This document shows, piece by piece, positions 60,001 to 62,993 of a stretch of DNA of 64,000 nucleotides; position 1 is the stretch's first letter, and every line of letters begins with the position of its first letter. A program made the position numbers and the translations under genes. Under the pieces are notes generated by a model that did no database searches, was not told the origin of the DNA, and saw nothing but the letters and a program-made list of their open reading frames with translations. This stretch comes from Glycera tridactyla (Eukaryota). The stretch covers positions 46,748,001-46,812,000 of the forward strand of contig OZ286471.1 in NCBI GenBank assembly GCA_965644265.1. Reading direction: 5' to 3'.

Positions 60001-62993
60001 ATATTCAGTGAGAGATAGNNNNNNNNNNNNNNNNNNNNNNNNNNNNNNNNNNNNNNNNNNNNNNNNNNNNNNNNNNNNNNNNNNNNNNNNNNNNNNNNNN
60101 NNNNNNNNNNNNNNNNNNNNNNNNNNNNNNNNNNNNNNNNNNNNNNNNNNNNNNNNNNNNNNNNNNNNNTTTTCGTACATGAGCGAGATGTATAAAGGGA
60201 CTGAGAAAGACAACCTCTAATTTTGATTCCTATCAAAGGAGTCAATCATTGCGATGATAACATGTGTTCTGATTGTCATTTCACTTTATCACAAATGCAG
60301 TGAACTTATCGAATATTCGCGATATGTGGGAATCTTATTTGGACAGACGAATCGCTAGCCGTATAATATGATGCAATCATACACTTATTTCCAGCTATGG
60401 TGTGTGGTCGAAACCGTCCACAGACTGTTGTGGCCCAGACAACAAGCAGCAGTAATTGCTGGGTGCCCACACTGGGTGGTACTGCGGGATCCCCATCTGT
60501 GTGTATCTTCCCCTTCTCTTACAAGGGCACGCTCTATGTTAGCTGTTCCAATGTGGATAACGGTGGTTATCCATGGTGTTATACATCATATGACTATGAG
60601 AATGATCATCTCTGGGGCAATTGCCAAGGTAACAGTGTGATTCTTAGTGTAGCCTCTCACACTAACATCTACTGTGAAACTAATTCAACCACATAGGATT
60701 AGATTAACAAATATATCCAACAGGTGCTTATTGTCGCACTCAGAATATATAACATAATGGATATAAATACTTATCCATTTCACGTTGGATTCTACTCACT
60801 AACGACGGACAGTGACTTATACTGGGCCAGCGAGAGTCCAGTCTAATCAATTCGACATGGATAATCGGTGACCTCCTAGTATATTAGGAATAGTTGAATT
60901 TGCATCCTCTCGGGCTTGAATTGCGCAATGGCTATGGCTTTCAACGATGTGCGGATCGTCTCATATTCAGGATGTTTGCTATAATATGAGATGAGTCATG
61001 GAGGTGTCCAGTGGAACAGAATTTCTTCATGTCATTGGTAGCACTGTTATTTCCTTGCCTTCAGATATGCTTGGCAGAGTGAATGGATGCATGTTACATA
61101 TACCAGAGTCACATATGAGAGAATATTGGAGTATTCATGTTTGTGACAATGAAGACTGTGGGCATTTGGTACTGACGTTAGCAGTTTGTGCTATTGCAGT
61201 CAATATATAGTTAAGTAGATGGCCGTACTGATATTCATGTCCTCACTGATTGTGAAGTTTGATATCATACTTGTAGCGATGGTGTGCGACCAGCCACGCC
61301 CTACCACCATCCCTGTCAAAACCACAACAGCTAGTGACTGTTGGATTCCAACAGTTGGTGGCACTGCTGGGCAGACATCCGTATGCATCTTCCCATTCTC
61401 CTATAAGGGTGTGACTTACACCGGATGTTCCACTGAGGATAATGGTGGTTACCCCTGGTGCTATACATCTTATAACTACAGAGATGATCACCTCTGGGGC
61501 AACTGTCAAGGTATGTCGCCATTCAGGAGGGATGAAACGCAGGGCAAGCTTGTCACTACATGTGGAATACTTGTCAGTACACGCTTCATACCGATATCGA
61601 TAAGATATCTGATACTGAATTAATCTCGAAAGAGACTAGCTAATATAGAATCATGGTACTTGGATACACCCTACATCAGCTCGTGGCAATCGTTTGTACA
61701 CACACCCATATTTCATATTCTTTGCGATTAAAATGCCTGAACAGGCTTGGCAGTTTGCTCTCATTCGAAACACTTTACTTTCAACTCCTCAGGAGGACAA
61801 CCATACCTTCATCACTTCCAGTGCAAGCATTCACAATACAGTACATGGATGCAAAGAACAAGGCGGACATGACAGCATACATTCAAGCATTTCCCTCATA
61901 GCAGTATTGTAGATCATCAAGAAATCCTCCATGCATCAGACGTTTGACACAGAATAATTATTTTGTGGTCAATTTTCATGTACTAAGCCGTAGCGACCGC
62001 ATCATAAGACCATAGAAATGCATGATGTGGGTTGTAATTCCCTGATGGCATGTTTACAGCAATGGTATGTGATCAGCCCCGTCCAACCACACAGGCACCT
62101 ATCACTACCACCAACAGTGACTGTTATATCCCAACATATGGTGGGACAGCTGGTAGCTCGATCTGTATTTTCCCATTCGAGTACAGAAATGTACGATACA
62201 CTGGCTGTTCGACGGTGGATAATGGCGAGATACCTTGGTGCTACACCTCAGTATATTATAATACTGACCATCTCTGGGGAAATTGTTATGGTATGTTCCA
62301 TCTGACTGAAACACTACAGAGAAATGCTGAGAAGCACTCACTGTCAATGGATAGTATATTTGTATCCTCCATCTGATCCCACATGGATTCCTTCATTGAT
62401 CTATATGAATATTGAGATGTGCGTCAGATGTCTATTTGATCAACTTCGCTCTACATGAGTGCTCAATTTCATACTGTTACATGGAGAGGAATCATTTGTT
62501 TATCACTAGAAATTAGGCATTCATATTTGATCTTGATATCATCTTTGATAAGGATGGCATTGTGTGTTTTCATTTTCCTCATTGGAAATATATACCAGCC
62601 CTAGGCTACAGGCAGGGCTAGCTAATACCAGGAGCACAATATACACCATTACTGGAAACACCAATACATTACTTTCAGTAATTTGGATCGCTTCATTGTC
62701 CATTGTCAATCACGCTTATGGCTTAGTGTAATCACAGTTTCATGCCAATATTGGGTATTTTCCAGAGGTCATATGTGATGGCAAACAGCCACGGACCTTT
62801 GGGACAACGACTGGTAGAGACTGTTGGGTACCAACTGTAGGGGGTACTGCAGGTGCTGCTTCTGTCTGCATCTTCCCTTTCTCATACCGTGACGTGCAAT
62901 ACACCAGTTGTAGTACTGTGGATAATGGTGGCTATCCTTGGTGTTATACTTCGTACAACTACAGAGAAGACCATCTCTGGGGCAACTGCCAAG
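1..62993 (+). CDS. Internal portion of a giant multi-exon gene encoding at least 82 tandem FN2/kringle-like modules with Thr-rich linkers (probably secreted/extracellular; 5' and 3' ends outside window)
   Basis: 81 complete exons plus 1 partial exon, all with AG/GT at equivalent positions, all phase 1-1, lengths divisible by 3, no in-frame stops. Conserved FN2 signature CxFPFxY...YxxC...WC...WxxC in every unit. A single constitutively spliced product is inferred, not observed. Confidence 0.85.
375..608 (+). CDS. Repeat exon E1 (FN2/kringle-like module)
   Basis: AG..GT, 234 bp; begins AVVCGQPRPTTAPPQTTTRDDCW. Confidence 0.92.
902..1135 (+). CDS. Repeat exon E2
   Basis: AG..GT, 234 bp; AMVCGQPRPTTQAPGTTTGRDCF. 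Confidence 0.92.
1541..1774 (+). CDS. Repeat exon E3
   Basis: AG..GT, 234 bp; ALRCGEPRPTTPAVRSTTREGCWYS (divergent). Confidence 0.92.
1938..2240. repeat. Cryptic (GAT/GGT)n trinucleotide low-complexity tract in intron E3-E4
   Basis: Runs such as gatgatggtggtgat and ggtgatggtggtgttgat; source of spurious His- and Thr-rich antisense ORFs. Confidence 0.8.
2353..2586 (+). CDS. Repeat exon E4
   Basis: AG..GT, 234 bp; ALVCDRPRPVTTGTETTTRQDCW (correct frame missing from ORF track; translated by hand, open). Confidence 0.92.
3247..3480 (+). CDS. Repeat exon E5
   Basis: AG..GT, 234 bp; ELVCGEPRPTTQPTLSTTAGNCF. Confidence 0.92.
3820..4050 (+). CDS. Repeat exon E6
   Basis: AG..GT, 231 bp; ALVCDQERPTTAAQMTTTRGDCW. 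Confidence 0.92.
4412..4645 (+). CDS. Repeat exon E7
   Basis: AG..GT, 234 bp; GMVCGQPRPTTPATGTTTRRDCY. Confidence 0.92.
5086..5316 (+). CDS. Repeat exon E8
   Basis: AG..GT, 231 bp; DLICGGDRPTTQPTRSTTNRDCY. Confidence 0.92.
5839..6069 (+). CDS. Repeat exon E9
   Basis: AG..GT, 231 bp; ALVCGRDRPTTVPPSTTTDYDCW. Confidence 0.92.
6575..6800. repeat. (CA)n / (CATC, CATT)n low-complexity tract
   Basis: cacactcacacacatgcac, ccatccatc, cattcattcatcattca. Confidence 0.6.
7004..7234 (+). CDS. Repeat exon E10
   Basis: AG..GT, 231 bp; DVVCGVPRPEREGLGTTTNSRCW. Confidence 0.92.
8421..8651 (+). CDS. Repeat exon E11
   Basis: AG..GT, 231 bp; DLVCDEQRPTTAPLVTTTGRDCW. Confidence 0.92.
9624..9854 (+). CDS. 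Repeat exon E12
   Basis: AG..GT, 231 bp; ELVCDQPRPTTEPTKTTTGADCF. Confidence 0.92.
9900..10085. repeat. (GT)n / (GATT, GAGT)n low-complexity tract
   Basis: gtgggtgtgtgtgg, gattgattgattgat, gagtgagtgtg. Confidence 0.6.
10269..10499 (+). CDS. Repeat exon E13
   Basis: AG..GT, 231 bp; GLICGRDRPTTASTLQTTDRDCW. Confidence 0.92.
10777..10956 (+). mobile_element. Dispersed 180-bp repeat, copy 1 (SINE-like 3' end with (CAAA)n tail)
   Basis: Colinear similarity to 26423-26602 (tctgaact, acttcca.ttgacaa, cagggtt.gtga, gtctgcag, tgaccag, ggcatac, tgggttgata, caaacaaacaaaac). Confidence 0.65.
11074..11304 (+). CDS. Repeat exon E14
   Basis: AG..GT, 231 bp; ALVCGEPRPTTHLPGTTTRDDCY. Confidence 0.92.
12864..13097 (+). 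CDS. Repeat exon E15
   Basis: AG..GT, 234 bp; ELVCGRPRPTTSAPQTTTLGDCW. Confidence 0.92.
   Translation, partial: NWYVVVLDQPPQLHRQPLWVIVGFRHLVAQPDRPLCVHCPSATGVWSIQDAHRSIMEAYPGVTHPTTMKATICGETV
13570..13803 (+). CDS. Repeat exon E16
   Basis: AG..GT, 234 bp; DVVCGEPRPTTASTLTTTPRDCY (hand-translated, open). Confidence 0.92.
14208..14441 (+). CDS. Repeat exon E17
   Basis: AG..GT, 234 bp; ELICGQARPTTASTVATTGSDCW. Confidence 0.92.
14968..15201 (+). CDS. Repeat exon E18
   Basis: AG..GT, 234 bp; ALVCGLPRPTTAATMTTTGRDCW; ends C|GTAAGT. Confidence 0.9.
15489..15719 (+). CDS. Repeat exon E19
   Basis: AG..GT, 231 bp; xMVCGQPRPTTASTLTTTPNDCW. Confidence 0.92.
16048..16281 (+). CDS. Repeat exon E20
   Basis: AG..GT, 234 bp; ALVCGQPRPITQPTGTTTSNNCW. 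Confidence 0.92.
16510..16560. repeat. (TA)n(GT)n microsatellite
   Basis: tatatatatacgtgtgtgtgagtctgtgtctgcgtgtgtgtg. Confidence 0.7.
16640..16873 (+). CDS. Repeat exon E21
   Basis: AG..GT, 234 bp; DLVCGEPRPTTAVTMTTTGRDCF. Confidence 0.92.
17310..17388. mobile_element. Short internally deleted MITE (TA-CAGT terminus, Tc1/mariner-pogo-like)
   Basis: Left end tacagtcaaatctgcctatagaggcca, right end ggtggtctctcgatcaggttcgact; both ends match 29374-29534 in inverted orientation. Confidence 0.55.
17481..17711 (+). CDS. Repeat exon E22
   Basis: AG..GT, 231 bp; ALVCGRQRPTTSGIPRTIGTDCF. Confidence 0.92.
18061..18291 (+). CDS. Repeat exon E23
   Basis: AG..GT, 231 bp; EEVCNEPRPTTPASATTTGSDCW. Confidence 0.92.
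18629..18862 (+). CDS. Repeat exon E24
   Basis: AG..GT, 234 bp; EMVCGEPRPTTLSTMTTTQGDCF. Confidence 0.92.
18916..19199 (+). repeat. Local direct tandem duplication in intron E24-E25 (about 132 bp + 148 bp copies)
   Basis: Both copies share aatgtggt...ttaatgcaaccaactgattga, tttgcttctttgatggggcgcctaa and gacctcaaactgcagttttcttgagatattcgtcat. Confidence 0.9.
19464..19697 (+). CDS. Repeat exon E25
   Basis: AG..GT, 234 bp; ALICGQPRPTTASVLTTTGGECW. Confidence 0.92.
20299..20532 (+). CDS. Repeat exon E26
   Basis: AG..GT, 234 bp; VLVCDEPRPVTRSGSTTTSSDCW. Confidence 0.92.
20973..21206 (+). CDS. Repeat exon E27
   Basis: AG..GT, 234 bp; DLVCGEPRPTTGSTLSTTPSDCF. Confidence 0.92.
21560..21793 (+). CDS. 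Repeat exon E28
   Basis: AG..GT, 234 bp; ELICGRDRPTTASTLSTTGRDCW. Confidence 0.92.
22297..22530 (+). CDS. Repeat exon E29
   Basis: AG..GT, 234 bp; ALVCDEPRPSTASTLSTTDSDCW. Confidence 0.92.
22769..23002 (+). CDS. Repeat exon E30
   Basis: AG..GT, 234 bp; ELVCGEPRPTTASTLTTTPGDCY. Confidence 0.92.
23169..24429. mobile_element. About 1.26 kb non-autonomous DNA transposon with long degenerate TIRs
   Basis: TA|agggtccggg ... cctgggccct|TA ends; exact inverted 12-mer gacgtcagctca (23354-23365) / tgagctgacgtc (24254-24265); further inverted matches (tgagaaaa, cca.tattc); sits in the longest intron. Confidence 0.55.
24588..24818 (+). CDS. Repeat exon E31
   Basis: AG..GT, 231 bp; ALVCGGQRPTTASTLTTTGRDCW. 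Confidence 0.92.
25227..25457 (+). CDS. Repeat exon E32
   Basis: AG..GT, 231 bp; AMVCGEPRPTTASTLSTTASNCW. Confidence 0.92.
25855..26088 (+). CDS. Repeat exon E33
   Basis: AG..GT, 234 bp; ELVCDQPRPITREIKTTTPDDCY. Confidence 0.92.
26423..26602 (+). mobile_element. Dispersed 180-bp repeat, copy 2 (SINE-like)
   Basis: Colinear similarity to 10777-10956 including the (CAAA)n tail. Confidence 0.65.
26790..27020 (+). CDS. Repeat exon E34
   Basis: AG..GT, 231 bp; ELVCGRERPTTMSTLTTTPDNCY. Confidence 0.92.
27359..27592 (+). CDS. Repeat exon E35
   Basis: AG..GT, 234 bp; ELVCGGDRPTTASTQTTTPGDCW (hand-translated, open). Confidence 0.92.
27959..28192 (+). CDS. Repeat exon E36
   Basis: AG..GT, 234 bp; GLVCGRARPSTASTLTTTQNNCW. 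Confidence 0.92.
28557..28790 (+). CDS. Repeat exon E37
   Basis: AG..GT, 234 bp; ALVCDEPRPTTSAPMTTTQADCW. Confidence 0.92.
28850..29112 (+). mobile_element. DINE-1/HINE-like (Helentron-associated) non-autonomous element
   Basis: Starts tttatacccc; 5' hairpin acccccgtccaaa/tttggaagggggt (28857-28887, 12/13 match); then GGTT/GTCY-type microsatellite ending tctgtccg. Family call rests on architecture only. Confidence 0.5.
29374..29534. mobile_element. About 160-bp MITE, same family as 17310-17388
   Basis: Left end gtcaaacctgctcgagagaccatct matches the reverse complement of 17361-17385; right end ggtggcctttatagacaggtgggctata. Confidence 0.55.
29876..30109 (+). CDS. Repeat exon E38
   Basis: AG..GT, 234 bp; ALVCGEPRPTTMSTLTTTGSDCW. 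Confidence 0.92.
30343..30576 (+). CDS. Repeat exon E39
   Basis: AG..GT, 234 bp; ALVCGEPRPTTASTLTTTGRDCW. Confidence 0.92.
30888..31121 (+). CDS. Repeat exon E40
   Basis: AG..GT, 234 bp; AMICGEARPTTMSTLTTTEGNCW. Confidence 0.92.
31476..31709 (+). CDS. Repeat exon E41
   Basis: AG..GT, 234 bp; EIICDEPRRVTSSTLTTTPADCY. Confidence 0.92.
32101..32334 (+). CDS. Repeat exon E42
   Basis: AG..GT, 234 bp; GMVCGRARPTTASTLTTTPSDCW. Confidence 0.92.
32919..33152 (+). CDS. Repeat exon E43
   Basis: AG..GT, 234 bp; ELVCGEPRPTTMSSLTTTQADCW. Confidence 0.92.
33642..33875 (+). CDS. Repeat exon E44
   Basis: AG..GT, 234 bp; AIVCGKDRPTTASTLSTTPDDCW. Confidence 0.92.
34336..34569 (+). CDS. Repeat exon E45
   Basis: AG..GT, 234 bp; ALVCGQPRPTTASTLTTTASDCY. 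Confidence 0.92.
34964..35197 (+). CDS. Repeat exon E46
   Basis: AG..GT, 234 bp; ELTCGRNRPTTASTLTTTGSNCW. Confidence 0.92.
35501..35734 (+). CDS. Repeat exon E47
   Basis: AG..GT, 234 bp; AMVCDAPRPITEKPMTTTARDCW. Confidence 0.92.
36672..36905 (+). CDS. Repeat exon E48
   Basis: AG..GT, 234 bp; DLVCGEPRPTTASTLTTTGSDCW. Confidence 0.92.
37312..37545 (+). CDS. Repeat exon E49
   Basis: AG..GT, 234 bp; AMVCGEPRPTTASVQTTTGSDCW. Confidence 0.92.
38219..38452 (+). CDS. Repeat exon E50
   Basis: AG..GT, 234 bp; EMVCGQARPTTMSTLSTTGSDCW. Confidence 0.92.
39138..39371 (+). CDS. Repeat exon E51
   Basis: AG..GT, 234 bp; ELVCGEPRPTTGSTLTTTPSGCW. Confidence 0.92.
39747..39980 (+). CDS. Repeat exon E52
   Basis: AG..GT, 234 bp; EMVCGRARPSTASTLSTTADDCW. 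Confidence 0.92.
40372..40605 (+). CDS. Repeat exon E53
   Basis: AG..GT, 234 bp; ALVCGEPRPTTGSTLSTTPRDCW. Confidence 0.92.
40959..41192 (+). CDS. Repeat exon E54
   Basis: AG..GT, 234 bp; ALVCGEPRPTTASTLTTTGSDCW. Confidence 0.92.
41509..41742 (+). CDS. Repeat exon E55
   Basis: AG..GT, 234 bp; ELVCGQPRPTTGSTLTTTGSDCW. Confidence 0.92.
42187..42420 (+). CDS. Repeat exon E56
   Basis: AG..GT, 234 bp; GLVCGKNRPTTESTLSTTAEDCW. Confidence 0.92.
42670..42903 (+). CDS. Repeat exon E57
   Basis: AG..GT, 234 bp; VLVCGEPRPTTAATKTTTGSDCW; only unit with DRLW instead of DH(L/I/M)W. Confidence 0.92.
43000..43100. repeat. ACAG-based tandem repeat with 12-bp period (acagtcaaatag)
   Basis: acagtcaaatagacag repeated; reads as QTDSQIDS in the intronic read-through ORF. 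Confidence 0.85.
43193..43426 (+). CDS. Repeat exon E58
   Basis: AG..GT, 234 bp; GLVCGEPRPTTMSTLTTTGSDCW. Confidence 0.92.
43845..44078 (+). CDS. Repeat exon E59
   Basis: AG..GT, 234 bp; EMVCGEPRPTTGSTLTTTPNDCW. Confidence 0.92.
44534..44767 (+). CDS. Repeat exon E60
   Basis: AG..GT, 234 bp; DLVCGEPRPTTATTETTTPGNCY. Confidence 0.92.
45118..45351 (+). CDS. Repeat exon E61
   Basis: AG..GT, 234 bp; VMVCNKQRPTTASTLTTTGSDCY. Confidence 0.92.
45761..45994 (+). CDS. Repeat exon E62
   Basis: AG..GT, 234 bp; GLVCGGDRPTTASTLTTTGQDCW. Confidence 0.92.
46368..46601 (+). CDS. Repeat exon E63
   Basis: AG..GT, 234 bp; ELVCGEPRPTTGSTLTTTGRNCW. Confidence 0.92.
46921..47154 (+). CDS. Repeat exon E64
   Basis: AG..GT, 234 bp; AMVCGEPRPITVTPQTTTPDDCW. 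Confidence 0.92.
47657..47890 (+). CDS. Repeat exon E65
   Basis: AG..GT, 234 bp; AMVCGQPRPTTAPTGTTTGSDCW. Confidence 0.92.
48237..48470 (+). CDS. Repeat exon E66
   Basis: AG..GT, 234 bp; ALVCGQPRPTTASTLTTTGSQCF. Confidence 0.92.
49289..49522 (+). CDS. Repeat exon E67
   Basis: AG..GT, 234 bp; ELTCGRERPTTASTLTTTARDCW. Confidence 0.92.
49895..49915. repeat. Poly-C tract
   Basis: ccccccacccccccccccccc. Confidence 0.9.
50616..50849 (+). CDS. Repeat exon E68
   Basis: AG..GT, 234 bp; DLVCGEPRPTTMSTAATTASDCW. Confidence 0.92.
51938..52171 (+). CDS. Repeat exon E69
   Basis: AG..GT, 234 bp; DLVCGRERPTTMSTLTTTPSDCF. Confidence 0.92.
52979..53212 (+). CDS. Repeat exon E70
   Basis: AG..GT, 234 bp; AMVCGQPRPTTDATETTTGSDCW. 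Confidence 0.92.
53668..53901 (+). CDS. Repeat exon E71
   Basis: AG..GT, 234 bp; ELVCGQPRPTTASSVSTTAGNCW. Confidence 0.92.
54378..54611 (+). CDS. Repeat exon E72
   Basis: AG..GT, 234 bp; ALICGEPRPTTGSTLTTTGSDCF. Confidence 0.92.
55241..55474 (+). CDS. Repeat exon E73
   Basis: AG..GT, 234 bp; EVVCGQDRPTTASTLTTTGSDCW. Confidence 0.92.
56716..56949 (+). CDS. Repeat exon E74
   Basis: AG..GT, 234 bp; ELVCGQPRPTTMASATTSNSGCW. Confidence 0.92.
57375..57608 (+). CDS. Repeat exon E75
   Basis: AG..GT, 234 bp; DMVCGEPRPTTASTLSTTRSDCW. Confidence 0.92.
58094..58327 (+). CDS. Repeat exon E76
   Basis: AG..GT, 234 bp; ALVCGEPRPTTPATATTSNRDCW. Confidence 0.92.
58924..59157 (+). CDS. Repeat exon E77
   Basis: AG..GT, 234 bp; EIVCGEPRPTTASTMTTTASDCY. 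Confidence 0.92.
60019..60169. other. Assembly gap (151 N)
   Basis: Run of N in intron E77-E78, preceded by an AG-rich low-complexity flank. Confidence 0.98.
60395..60628 (+). CDS. Repeat exon E78
   Basis: AG..GT, 234 bp; AMVCGRNRPQTVVAQTTSSSNCW. Confidence 0.92.
61277..61510 (+). CDS. Repeat exon E79
   Basis: AG..GT, 234 bp; AMVCDQPRPTTIPVKTTTASDCW. Confidence 0.92.
62060..62290 (+). CDS. Repeat exon E80
   Basis: AG..GT, 231 bp; AMVCDQPRPTTQAPITTTNSDCY. Confidence 0.92.
62766..62993 (+). CDS. Repeat exon E81 (linker 2 aa shorter)
   Basis: AG..GT, 228 bp; EVICDGKQPRTFGTTTGRDCWVPTVGG...DHLWGNCQ; + strand frame absent from ORF track, hand-translated, open. Confidence 0.9.

Noticed and set aside
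59932-60245. ORFs containing X runs
   Set aside because: Artefacts of translating through the N gap.
320-62376. ORF-track entries starting at Met (e.g. MVCG...) read as about 80 separate small genes
   Set aside because: The Met position varies (L/M/I/V), there is no signal peptide, similarity stops exactly at conserved AG and GT sites, and the tails are intron read-through.
25-62765. A shared Dscam-like selector or docking motif in the introns
   Set aside because: Inspection upstream of acceptors showed only generic (T)TTCAG/TGCAG/TGTAG ends. A weak motif cannot be excluded without MEME.
1-62993. Repeat-spacer look resembling a CRISPR-type or other non-coding array
   Set aside because: Repeats are about 234 bp, protein-coding with third-position variation, and bounded by splice sites; the spacers are ordinary introns.
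1-62993. Array as a mis-assembly artefact
   Set aside because: Every exon differs at many positions and every intron is unique, which duplicated reads or contigs would not produce.
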